A stretch of DNA of 51,466 nt. Origin: a virus. Lineage: Duplodnaviria; Heunggongvirae; Uroviricota; Caudoviricetes. The notes under the pieces are model-generated. The model was not told where the DNA came from. It saw nothing but the letters and a program-made list of their open reading frames with translations, and made no database searches. The DNA lies in IMG/VR virus record IMGVR_UViG_2703718856_000005; one strand, 5' to 3'. Positions 38,759 to 47,319 of this stretch are shown one piece after another (within the stretch, counting starts at the first letter, position 1; every line of letters starts with the position of its first letter). Position numbers and translations under genes: made by a program.

Positions 38759-38977
38759 TTACCGCCAGTATTCAATGCACATGACCGCCATGAACACCCC
38801 TAAAAAAAGGGCATTTATATATCCAAATATTAATATCAAAACATCAACTTTTTCCATATACCTTGCTGTGAAGATGATGGGCATACATGATGCGAACAAC
38901 CAGAACGCAACAAACAAAAACTGCAATGCGTTTTTCATTATTCCTCCTACAATCAATGTGCAATTACATTTAAACAC
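38759..38977 (-). CDS. small predicted membrane protein
   Basis: 72 aa ORF with two hydrophobic helices. Confidence 0.25.
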   Translation of the reverse strand: MFKCNCTLIVGGIMKNALQFLFVAFWLFASCMPIIFTARYMEKVDVLILIFGYINALFLGVFMAVMCIEYWR

Positions 38978-39476
38978 ACCTCAATTTGGCCGGACATATA
39001 AATATCTAAACCAGAAAAAATCACTTACATAGCGTTACAAACTCTTTAGTCTAAAGGTTCATCGTAAAATATTCCCCATACTTATCAGTCCGTTCCGCGC
39101 CAGGTAGCTCATTGCCTTATCTGGCAACCTGTAATCAGGTTTCCGCTTTTTCAGTTGGCTGGTCGTTTAACCGACATAGTTAATCCATTAATCTAGTTGC
39201 CGGATGTTGGTGGATTTTCGCGTTTTAGTTGTTCATAAAAGTGCACAGCTTTAACCAGTTCTTCTGATGTAACTGGGACTGGTGAGGCAGTGAATAAGGC
39301 CTGAATTTGATAGTTCGGCCTGTCGTTACAATCCTCTTTTTTCGGTACATATTTCCAGTCACCAGACCACTACTTCCCCTGAAAGTCCGTAACGCCTTTT
39401 TTCACGTAGCGATATCGCCATGCCACTGGTTTTGCTTGCCCCGCCGTTTCATGCCCTTCCTGATAATTAATCTCGC

Positions 39477-39668
39477 TCATTCATCGCCCCACTCATCACA
39501 ATATGCTTCGACCGGAGTTTTTCCCGCTTCATAGTCATCACGCTAGGATTCGACATCAGCAGCACTTCCACCGCGTAACTCACCATAGTCCATTAATAGT
39601 TCATCCCGCTCTTCAAAACTGATGTTATATTTAGCTGAACAAAAATCAGCCACTTTGTTCTTCCTCAT
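39477..39668 (-). pseudogene. small ORF interrupted by an in-frame TAG, followed by overlapping short ORFs; decayed nin-region genes
   Basis: Hand translation MRKNKVADFCSAKYNISFEERDELLMDYGELRGGSAADVES-stop-RDDYEAGKTPVEAYCDEWGDE; next ORF overlaps by ATGA. Confidence 0.3.
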
Positions 39669-39824
39669 CGTCTTTTATTTCGTGGTATGAGTAATTGCAG
39701 TAGTTAAAGAAAATTTCTTATGCTCCGTCATGAATTTCCGTAAGCGTAAACTGACCGCCGTATGTAGCCATCAGACGAGAATTGGTAACTTAGACGCCCA
39801 TCTGATATAGACGGACATCTAAGT

Positions 39825-40250
39825 ATGGAATTACAGGACTGGCGAAAAGAACCTCGTAAAAACTATTCGAATGAATTCAAACTTCGTATGGTGGAACTGG
39901 CATCACAACCTGGAGCTTGTGTTGCACAGATTGCACGTGAAAATGGCGTCAATGATAATGTTATTTTCAAATGGCTCAGGCTCTGGCAGAACGAAGGGCG
40001 TGTTTCGCGGCGTCTTCCGGTAACGACCTCTTCTGACACTGGCGTTGAATTATTACCTGTAGAAATAACGCCGGATGAGCAGAAAGAACCTGTGGCGGCC
40101 ATTGCGCCGTCTTTATCCACTTCCACTCAGACCAGAGTCAGTGCCAGTTCCTGCAAGGTGGAATTCCGTCACGGTAACATGACGCTGGAAAATCCATCGC
40201 CAGAGCTGCTCACAGTGTTGATCCGTGAACTGACCGGGAGGGGAAGATGA
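39825..40250 (+). CDS. tnpA: IS66-family accessory protein TnpA (orf1)
   Basis: 141 aa with helix-turn-helix, first ORF of the element. Confidence 0.85.
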   Translation: MELQDWRKEPRKNYSNEFKLRMVELASQPGACVAQIARENGVNDNVIFKWLRLWQNEGRVSRRLPVTTSSDTGVELLPVEITPDEQKEPVAAIAPSLSTSTQTRVSASSCKVEFRHGNMTLENPSPELLTVLIRELTGRGR

Positions 40251-40597
40251 TCTCACTCCCATCAGGTACCCGTATCTGGCTCGTTGCCGGCGTTACCGAT
40301 ATGCGTAAATCCTTCAACGGACTGGGAGAACAGGTACAACATGTGCTGAATGATAATCCCTTCTCCGGTCACCTGTTTATCTTCCGTGGCCGACGGGGTG
40401 ACACCGTCAAAATTCTTTGGGCTGATGCTGATGGTCTGTGCCTGTTCACCAAACGCCTGGAGGAAGGCCAGTTTATCTGGCCTGCGGTACGTGACGGCAA
40501 GGTATCCATTACCCGCTCGCAACTGGCAATGCTCCTCGATAAGCTGGACTGGCGTCAGCCAAAAACATCCAGCCGTAACTCACTGACAATGTTGTAA
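40247..40597 (+). CDS. tnpB: IS66-family TnpB (orf2)
   Basis: 116 aa; start overlaps the tnpA stop. Confidence 0.9.
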   Translation: MISLPSGTRIWLVAGVTDMRKSFNGLGEQVQHVLNDNPFSGHLFIFRGRRGDTVKILWADADGLCLFTKRLEEGQFIWPAVRDGKVSITRSQLAMLLDKLDWRQPKTSSRNSLTML

Positions 40598-40627
40598 AAA
40601 ACTCCTGACCGCATTATAAAAACGGTC

Positions 40628-42241
40628 ATGAGTCAGAAATACCTCATTCGCATCGCAGAGCTGGAAAGGTTGCTCTCTGAGCAGGCTGAAGCCCTCCGTC
40701 AGAAAGACCAGCAACTGAGTCTGGTTGAAGAGACGGAAGCCTTCCTGCGCTCTGCACTGACACGTGTCGAAGAAAAGATCGAAGAAGATGAACGGGAAAT
40801 AGAACATCTGCGGGCTCAGATAGAAAAACTGCGCCGGATGCTGTTCGGTACCCGTTCTGAAAAACTGCGTCGTGAAGTTGAACTGGCTGAGGCTCTGCTG
40901 AAACAACGTGAACAGGACAGCGATCGTTACAGTGGGCGGGAAGACGATCCTCAGGTTCCCCGCCAGTTGCGACAGTCGCGCCATCGTCGTCCGTTACCGG
41001 CACACCTTCCCCGTGAAATACACCGCCTGGAGCCAGAAGAAAGCTGTTGCCCGGAGTGTGGCGGTGAGCTGGATTATCTGGGGGAAGTCAGCGCTGAACA
41101 GCTGGAACTGGTGAGCAGTGCCCTGAAAGTGATCCGCACAGAACGGGTAAAAAAAGCCTGTACAAAATGTGACTGTATTGTTGAAGCACCGGCGCCGTCC
41201 CGCCCGGTAGAGCGTGGTATCGCGGGCCCCGGATTACTTGCCCGCGTGTTAACGGGAAAATACTGCGAACATCTGCCACTGTATCGTCAGAGTGAAATCT
41301 TTGCCCGCCAGGGTGTCGAACTGAGCCGGGCCTTACTCTCCAACTGGGTTGACGCGTGCTGCCAGTTAATGACACCGGTGAATGATGCCCTGTACCGTTA
41401 TGTAATGAACACCCGCAAGGTTCACACTGATGACACACCGGTAAAGGTACTGGCACCGGGTCAGAAAAAGGCGAAAACAGGGCGTATCTGGACGTATGTC
41501 CGGGATGATCGCAATGTGGGTTCGTCATCTCCTCCAGCGGTCTGGTTCGCGTACTCGCCGAACCGGCAGGGGAAACACCCGGAGCAACACCTCCGCCCCT
41601 TCCGGGGTATCCTGCAGGCGGATGCGTTCACAGGTTACGACAGGTTGTTCAGTGCAGAACGTGAAGGTGGTGCACTGACAGAAGTTGCGTGCTGGGCCCA
41701 TGCCCGGCGAAAAATCCACGATGTATACATCAGCAGCAAAAGTGCGACGGCAGAAGAAGCCCTGAAGCGAATCAGTGAACTGTACGCCATCGAGGATGAA
41801 ATACGGGGATTACCGGAGTCAGAGCGTCTTGCCGTCAGGCAGCAGCGAAGCAAAGTGTTACTGACGTCGCTGCATGAATGGATGGTGGAGAAGAATGGTA
41901 CGCTGTCGAAAAAATCCAGACTGGGCGAAGCGTTCAGCTATGTACTGAATCAGTGGGATGCCCTCTGTTATTACAGTGATGACGGTCTGGCGGAGGCGGA
42001 TAATAATGCTGCGGAAAGAGCGCTTCGTGCAGTCTGTCTCGGAAAGAAAAACTTTATGTTCTTTGGCAGCGATCACGGCGGCGAGCGTGGAGCACTGTTG
42101 TACGGGCTGATCGGCACCTGCCGTCTGAACGGTATCGATCCGGAAGCGTATCTGCGCCATATCCTGAGCGTACTGCCGGAATGGCCTTCCAACCGAGTTG
42201 ATGAACTCCTGCCATGGAACGTAGTACTCACCAATAAATAA
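40628..42241 (+). CDS. tnpC: IS66-family transposase TnpC (orf3)
   Basis: 537 aa; N-terminal coiled coil, CxxC zinc motifs, DDE-type core. Confidence 0.9.
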   Translation: MSQKYLIRIAELERLLSEQAEALRQKDQQLSLVEETEAFLRSALTRVEEKIEEDEREIEHLRAQIEKLRRMLFGTRSEKLRREVELAEALLKQREQDSDRYSGREDDPQVPRQLRQSRHRRPLPAHLPREIHRLEPEESCCPECGGELDYLGEVSAEQLELVSSALKVIRTERVKKACTKCDCIVEAPAPSRPVERGIAGPGLLARVLTGKYCEHLPLYRQSEIFARQGVELSRALLSNWVDACCQLMTPVNDALYRYVMNTRKVHTDDTPVKVLAPGQKKAKTGRIWTYVRDDRNVGSSSPPAVWFAYSPNRQGKHPEQHLRPFRGILQADAFTGYDRLFSAEREGGALTEVACWAHARRKIHDVYISSKSATAEEALKRISELYAIEDEIRGLPESERLAVRQQRSKVLLTSLHEWMVEKNGTLSKKSRLGEAFSYVLNQWDALCYYSDDGLAEADNNAAERALRAVCLGKKNFMFFGSDHGGERGALLYGLIGTCRLNGIDPEAYLRHILSVLPEWPSNRVDELLPWNVVLTNK

Positions 42242-42630
42242 GCGTCAATACGGTGCTCCGTTGACGCTTACGAATTTCCTCAGGTGTTGCGTCATCGTCC
42301 ACTTCGAATACATCCTCAAAATCTCCACCAGCTATTCCCGTTTCAATAATAATTTTGAACTTTCGCATTTCACTACCGCCCTTTCGGGCGGCCTCCTGAT
42401 GTTCTGAGGGTGCAGAAATCCATCCGGTTAAGGATTAAATTTTATTTACAGAACTGAATTTAATTATTCAGATATACGTATCTGTAGCCTTACGAATCTA
42501 CTCACTGGATGCCTCTTTCATAAAAATAATCCAGTGGGTTTTATCGTTTTTTCCCTGTTCGTTGACAGATAACAGGTTTTCTGTCTGTCAGTGCCAGAAT
42601 CTGGCTTACCGGTATTTGCGTTTCATTCCA

Positions 42631-42987
42631 TTAAAAAATCAGAACGCCGTGCGGCCTCAACACCCGAAAGGCTTCTTTAAATCTCTGTCGCGAATCATCA
42701 CGCCAGGCATCTTTATTCAGCCGTCCATATTTCTTTCCCATCCAGGCGTTATCACCAACACTCTCAAGATGCGGAGGGTCTAATACAACCATCGAAAAAG
42801 ATGCGTCTGCAAATGATAATGCACGAAAATCTGCGATAATGTCAGGGCTGATAATCAAGCGTCTCCCATTGCGTAATGTGTATCCTTCTTTTCTGATATC
42901 GCTGAATATCGCCCGTTCGTCAGACTTATCGAACCAGAACATGCGGCTGCCACAGCACATATCAAGAATGGTTGCCGGTGCACTCAC
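42631..42987 (-). CDS. DNA methyltransferase-like protein, short (118 aa), possibly truncated
   Basis: SAM-binding-like ILDMCCGSRMF and a DPPH motif resembling the DPPY catalytic motif of amino-methyltransferases. Confidence 0.45.
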   Translation of the reverse strand: MSAPATILDMCCGSRMFWFDKSDERAIFSDIRKEGYTLRNGRRLIISPDIIADFRALSFADASFSMVVLDPPHLESVGDNAWMGKKYGRLNKDAWRDDSRQRFKEAFRVLRPHGVLIF

Positions 42988-43406
42988 TGCGCCACGTCCT
43001 GAAAATTACCCTGATAGAAAGCCAGTATGCGCTGCATAACTTCGCTCTTCCGGCACTCGCGACAGATTATGTTTAGGCGACTGTCGTAGCGACGTATTTC
43101 TCCGTCAGGTGATGACCAGATAAGGTCCGGATCAACCACAGCAGGTTTCTTCACCTTTGCCCTCGAGAGTTTTTTGCGGGCGTTTTGCCAGTCCTTACGC
43201 GCCTGTTCAGAGGGGAATAACCCGTAGCCGGAGTTGTATACATCGCCACTGGCTACCAGCTCTCTGGCAAGAACGCTCATCAGATATCTAGTCGCACCTG
43301 TTTTAGCTTCCAGTTGCCGTAACGTCTCACGGCCGCTCTGGCGCACGAGTTCCACCACCTGCCATTTAATTTTTTCCCGCTCTTCTTGTGTAAAAACTTT
43401 TGCCAC
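42984..43406 (-). CDS. hypothetical protein, 140 aa, basic, possibly DNA-binding
   Basis: ORF translationally coupled to neighbours in the dicC-side operon. Confidence 0.4.
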   Translation of the reverse strand: MAKVFTQEEREKIKWQVVELVRQSGRETLRQLEAKTGATRYLMSVLARELVASGDVYNSGYGLFPSEQARKDWQNARKKLSRAKVKKPAVVDPDLIWSSPDGEIRRYDSRLNIICRECRKSEVMQRILAFYQGNFQDVAQ

Positions 43407-43446
43407 AAGTCCCCCTTAAAATTACCTCATGACCTGAAATCAACAC

Positions 43447-44466
43447 TTATCCTCTGAAACCAGGCGGAATTTCTGTATCCGGTTCAGAAATATGATTAAC
43501 ACAACGCTGTACAGGTGAACGTCCCAGGCGGATGACCAGTTCGTCCCATTTTTCGCGGAGCTTTGACGGGCTCATGATGTTTTTTACCCAGAATGGATCT
43601 CGCTGAACCCGACCAAACATTTCGCAAATTTGTCTGTGGCTTCTGCCATCCAGCATCCGCATTGTGCGCACGTCATTGGCCCAGGCAGTCCAGTTAGGCT
43701 CTTTTGGTCGCATGATCTCGCCATCATCACTGGCTGCCTGTTCGTAGAGACCCACGATCCGCCCCCAGATCCACTGCGCACACGCCAAATCCTCCCTGCT
43801 ACCCCACTGGCGTTTTTTCGCACTAAACACAACCGCGTCGGAGTTCCGGGTTAAAAAATCCTGTTCAGTCGTCTGCGGGTCCGGTTGCGAAGCTTCCGGA
43901 CGAAAAGTGTTTTTATTCTCTGTAGTAATCTCTGTTGTATTCTCTGTAAGATCATCAGGCCATTTTGACCCGATGACATTGGGTCGTTTTGAACCAATGG
44001 AGCGTTTCATTTTGACCTCTTCCATCGTGTCATTTTGACCTGATGGAGCGGCGCATTTTGAACCGATGGATTCGCTCAATTTGCCACCATCTAAAAGCTC
44101 GCTCCCATAGTTGATCGTGTAGAAATTGGTCATATCGCGCTTTGATTTATTGAGCTTTTCACAACGCAAAAGCCCCAGCGTTTTCAGACTTGCAAACGCG
44201 CGCTTTAACGTTGACTCTGACCAGAATGGGAACTGTTCCAGCCATTGTTCCGTTGTGTTATAAATCCAGCGAACACCATCACATTCCATGCCGGAGTTGG
44301 TATCTCTCAACCAGTAGTGCAGTTGTTGCAAAACAATGGCTTCGTTTAAGCCAATTTTCATTGCCAGCTGCGTGTTTATAACCAGTGGGCGTTCAGCAAA
44401 AAGAAGGCTCATAATTCCATCCAGCTTTTTGTTGGTATTGCTGTCGATACGCAAGTTTGAAAGCAA
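43447..44466 (-). CDS. phage replication initiator / replisome-organiser-type protein, iterons within the gene (alternative start at 44412)
   Basis: N-terminal winged-helix-like segment MSLLFAERPLVINTQLAMKIGLNEAIVLQQLHYWL; repeated IGSK peptide motif encoded by the DNA iterons. Confidence 0.75.
   Translation of the reverse strand: MLSNLRIDSNTNKKLDGIMSLLFAERPLVINTQLAMKIGLNEAIVLQQLHYWLRDTNSGMECDGVRWIYNTTEQWLEQFPFWSESTLKRAFASLKTLGLLRCEKLNKSKRDMTNFYTINYGSELLDGGKLSESIGSKCAAPSGQNDTMEEVKMKRSIGSKRPNVIGSKWPDDLTENTTEITTENKNTFRPEASQPDPQTTEQDFLTRNSDAVVFSAKKRQWGSREDLACAQWIWGRIVGLYEQAASDDGEIMRPKEPNWTAWANDVRTMRMLDGRSHRQICEMFGRVQRDPFWVKNIMSPSKLREKWDELVIRLGRSPVQRCVNHISEPDTEIPPGFRG
43961..44092. repeat. origin-like iteron array: about six copies of CATTTTGACC-type repeats at roughly 23 bp spacing, with three TCTCTGT repeats just beside it (43918..43950)
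   Basis: Repeats read directly at about 43961, 43987, 44009, 44031, 44054 and 44078. Confidence 0.7.
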
Positions 44467-44914
44467 TTGCTTTTTCTATAAGTTCGTCAGTTTCACGATC
44501 CACTACGGCAGGATCAGCAAAAAGCAGTCCGGACTCCACCACATCGCCATATTCTTTGTTTAACCCGGCGATCATGCACGTGATGCTTTTTCCGTCAGTA
44601 ATTTCACGATACAACCTGAAATCATTAATCCGGATAGCCTCCATAATTGCAGGCACTAGCGCCGTGAACTTTTCACGCTTATCCCTGGTGTCGATAGCCT
44701 TCCAGCGTTCAAATATCTTCACTCGATTAACGCCAAGCGCTCGCTGATCAATCGCGCCACCTTCATATGTGACACGCTGAACATCGATGTTCGGGCGCTC
44801 TTTCAAAGCCCAGAATGCTTCAGTGATTAATATCGTCGCCTGCTCCTGTGTCATTCCTGGTCGACATATCCAGGCATCCAGAGCCTCACGAGCCTGTTCA
44901 GGAGTGATTTTCAT
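44393..44914 (-). CDS. hypothetical protein, 173 aa, first gene after dicC
   Basis: ORF overlapping the dicC stop and the initiator start; family not recognised. Confidence 0.45.
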   Translation of the reverse strand: MKITPEQAREALDAWICRPGMTQEQATILITEAFWALKERPNIDVQRVTYEGGAIDQRALGVNRVKIFERWKAIDTRDKREKFTALVPAIMEAIRINDFRLYREITDGKSITCMIAGLNKEYGDVVESGLLFADPAVVDRETDELIEKAIAFKLAYRQQYQQKAGWNYEPSFC

Positions 44915-45128
44915 TGTTCAACCGCCCCGCCCGCTTCGTCTTACGATATTCATCATAAACTTTGGGATCATACTGAAGCTCCCCGCCAGATGCCTCCTGT
45001 AGACGCATCGCGCGACCTTCGGGAACTAAATCCCCTTTCCAGCTATAAAGCGAAGCCAAACGAATACCTGCTGCTTGTGCAAGTTTTGTTTTTGAACCGA
45101 AATACAAAAGAGCGTCAGTTTTAAGCAT
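44898..45128 (-). CDS. dicC: DicC, Cro-like regulator
   Basis: 76 aa, recalled as DicC; divergent from dicA. Confidence 0.85.
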   Translation of the reverse strand: MLKTDALLYFGSKTKLAQAAGIRLASLYSWKGDLVPEGRAMRLQEASGGELQYDPKVYDEYRKTKRAGRLNNENHS

Positions 45129-45211
45129 TTAAAACACCTTTATTGTTAGTCATAACTAACAAGATAGATGTTAACAAAAACATAGTCAATACGATTTAGC
45201 ATTAGCTAACT
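45129..45211. promoter_or_regulatory. dicA/dicC divergent promoter-operator region with three palindromes
   Basis: TTGTTAGT-CATA-ACTAACAA (45143..45162), ATGTT-AACAAA-AACAT (45169..45184), TTAGC-ATTA-GCTAA (45196..45209). Confidence 0.6.
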
Positions 45212-45619
45212 ATGGAAACAAAAAATTTAACTATCGGCGAACGCATCAGGTATCGTCGGAAAAACCTCAAACACACCCAAAGGTCTCTTGCTAAAGCCCT
45301 GAAAATCTCCCATGTGTCTGTATCACAATGGGAACGGGGTGATAGTGAACCTACAGGGAAGAACCTTTTTGCCCTCAGCAAAGTATTGCAATGCTCACCA
45401 ACATGGATTCTATTTGGCGATGAAGACAAGCAACCAACACCACCTGTTGAGAAGCCAGTTGCCTTATCCCCCAAAGAACTAGAGCTCCTTGAGCTGTTTA
45501 ATGCACTGCCAGAATCAGAACAGGATACCCAGCTCGCCGAAATGCGAGCTCGAGTAAAAAACTTCAATAAACTCTTTGAAGAATTACTAAAAGCCCGTCA
45601 GCGGACAAATAAAAGATAA
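45212..45619 (+). CDS. dicA: DicA, helix-turn-helix repressor
   Basis: 135 aa, recalled as DicA; XRE-type helix-turn-helix near the N-terminus. Confidence 0.9.
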   Translation: METKNLTIGERIRYRRKNLKHTQRSLAKALKISHVSVSQWERGDSEPTGKNLFALSKVLQCSPTWILFGDEDKQPTPPVEKPVALSPKELELLELFNALPESEQDTQLAEMRARVKNFNKLFEELLKARQRTNKR

Positions 45620-45785
45620 CATCATCAATGAGTTATCTTTTACCACATCAATTATGTTAGCTATAGCATACAAAATCACTTGACCGATATGTTAGTCATG
45701 GCTAATCTTGTTTGCATCAACACACCGCACGGTGTTCTCAGCAAACAGTTCCGCTACCCCAGCGTTAAGGGGAAATGAGGTCAGC

Positions 45786-45941
45786 ATGGATACTATCGAT
45801 CTTGGCAACAACGAATCTCTGGTGTACGGCGTGTTTCCAAACCAGGACGGCACGTTCACCGCAATGACGTATACCAAAAGCAAAACGTTTAAAACCGAAA
45901 ATGGTGCCCGTCGCTGGCTGGAAAGAAACTCAGGTGAGTGA
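45786..45941 (+). CDS. ydfA: YdfA-like small protein (51 aa)
   Basis: MDTIDLGNNESLVYGVFPNQDGTFTAMTYTK from the internal ATG at 45786. Confidence 0.75.
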   Translation: MDTIDLGNNESLVYGVFPNQDGTFTAMTYTKSKTFKTENGARRWLERNSGE

Positions 45942-45942
45942 T

Positions 45943-46071
45943 ATGGATTTCGACACAATCATGGAAAAGGCTTACGAAGAATACTTCGAAGGCCTTGCCG
46001 AAGGCGAAGAAGCTCTCAGCTTCAGTGAGTTTAAACAGGCGCTTTCCAGTTCGGCAAAATCTAACGGCTGA
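45943..46071 (+). CDS. ydfB: YdfB-like small protein (42 aa)
   Basis: Hand translation MDFDTIMEKAYEEYFEGLAEGEEALSFSEFKQALSSSAKSNG; below track cutoff. Confidence 0.6.
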   Translation: MDFDTIMEKAYEEYFEGLAEGEEALSFSEFKQALSSSAKSNG

Positions 46072-46100
46072 TAAGCGAAACAGCACCGCGAGGAATCAGT

Positions 46101-46319
46101 ATGCAGAAACGAGAACCCGTCATCATCGCGCCAGACTATACCGATGATGAACTTTATGAGTGGATGCGCCAGAAAATTAATGCAGCGCAGGATCTGAAAT
46201 GGGCTAATGAAGCCAGGGCTAAGCAGGCTGAAAATCTGTCCGCTCTGGAGCAGGATATCACCAATCTGGAAAAAGCAGCGGCATTAAGCATTGCCAGAAT
46301 GATTACATACCCGCGTTAG
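46101..46319 (+). CDS. ydfC: YdfC-like protein
   Basis: 72 aa, position and sequence as recalled for Qin. Confidence 0.8.
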   Translation: MQKREPVIIAPDYTDDELYEWMRQKINAAQDLKWANEARAKQAENLSALEQDITNLEKAAALSIARMITYPR

Positions 46320-46659
46320 TAGCTAATCAACAAAGCTAAGGTTAGTAATTAAGGAGTTCTCCACGGGTGAGGTGGAGTGCGTGCGCCGGACACGGGTGCG
46401 CATCCGGAACTGACAGTTTACTGAAAGGATATTTCCCTGAAAAGTCAGACCATAACGCGAAAGCGCACGGCGAGGTAGCTGGTTCATAGATAGCCTGTCG
46501 TTAAATTTTCGTCGACCGTGCGCTTCCGGTTGTGGCAACCCGCGAAATGGCGCGGCGGTAAGTATGGCGGGGTTATTCCTTCCCCGTTGAGGACACCGGG
46601 TTGTCAGGTTGACCATACGCTTAAGTGACAACCCCGCTGCAACGCCCTCTGTTATCAAT

Positions 46660-46717
46660 TTTCTGGTGACGTTTGGCGGTATCAGTTTTACTCCGTGACT
46701 GCTCTGCCGCCCTTTTT
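46660..46717 (+). ncRNA. dicF: DicF small RNA (ftsZ-targeting, Hfq-dependent), with its intrinsic terminator
   Basis: TTTCTGGTGACGTTTGGCGGTATCAGTTTTACTCCGTGACTGCTCTGCCGCCCTTTTT matches the recalled DicF sequence; sits between ydfC and dicB. Confidence 0.7.
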
Positions 46718-46886
46718 AAAGTGAATTTTGTGATGTGGTGAATGCGGCTGAGCGCACGCGGAACAGTTAAAACCCAAAACAGTGTTATGGGTGGATTCTC
46801 TGTATCCGGCGTTAATTGTTAACTGGTTAACGTCACCTGGAGGCACCAGGCACTGCATCACAAAATTCATTGTTGAGGACGCGATA

Positions 46887-47075
46887 ATGAAAACGTTATT
46901 ACCAAACGTTAATACGTCTGAAGGTTGTTTTGAAATTGGTGTCACTATCAGTAACCCAGTATTTACTGAAGATGCCATTAACAAGAGAAAACAAGAACGG
47001 GAGCTATTAAATAAAATATGCATTGTTTCAATGCTGGCTCGTTTACGTCTGATGCCAAAAGGATGTGCACAATGA
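46887..47075 (+). CDS. dicB: DicB cell division inhibitor (62 aa)
   Basis: MKTLLPNVNTSEGCFEIGVTISNPVF from the internal ATG at 46887. Confidence 0.85.
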   Translation: MKTLLPNVNTSEGCFEIGVTISNPVFTEDAINKRKQERELLNKICIVSMLARLRLMPKGCAQ

Positions 47076-47263
47076 ATTCAGCATTTGTGCTTGTTCTGAC
47101 AGTTTTTCTTGTTTCCGGAGAGCCAGTTGATATTGCAGTCAGTGTTCACAGGACAATGCAGGAGTGTATGACTGCAGCAACCGAACAGAAAATTCCCGGT
47201 AACTGTTACCCGGTCGATAAAGTTATTCACCAGGATAATATCGAAATCCCGGCAGGTCTTTAA
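47072..47263 (+). CDS. ydfD: YdfD-like small membrane protein (63 aa)
   Basis: MNSAFVLVLTVFLVSGEPVDIAVSVHRT; ATGA overlap with the dicB stop. Confidence 0.8.
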   Translation: MNSAFVLVLTVFLVSGEPVDIAVSVHRTMQECMTAATEQKIPGNCYPVDKVIHQDNIEIPAGL

Positions 47264-47319
47264 AACAGTTCCGTAATAAATATCCGGTTTCATTCTTATA
47301 TGCCAGCAATGGCAGGGAT

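Larger units (their letters stand above)
39730..42271 (+). mobile_element. IS66-family insertion sequence (2542 bp) with imperfect terminal inverted repeats and 8 bp target site duplication GAATTTCC
   Basis: Ends GTAAGCGTAAACTGACCGCCG and the reverse complement of GTAAGCGTCAACGGAGCACCG; direct repeat GAATTTCC at 39722..39729 and 42272..42279; three-ORF tnpA/tnpB/tnpC layout. Confidence 0.9.

Noticed and set aside
43918-44092. Regularly spaced direct repeats that could be mistaken for a CRISPR-like array
   Set aside because: Repeats are only about 10 bp at roughly 23 bp spacing, lie inside a replication initiator ORF and encode a repeated IGSK peptide motif; this is an origin iteron array, and no cas genes are present.
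46323-46658. 111 aa minus-strand ORF between ydfC and dicF
   Set aside because: Arg/Pro-rich junk-like translation in a hairpin-dense GC-rich region; more likely non-coding structured RNA than a protein.
46320-46659. Possible tRNA or tmRNA in the GC-rich segment
   Set aside because: No cloverleaf elements seen (no T-loop GGTTCGAATCC-like motif or acceptor-stem pairing); treated as a structured leader instead.
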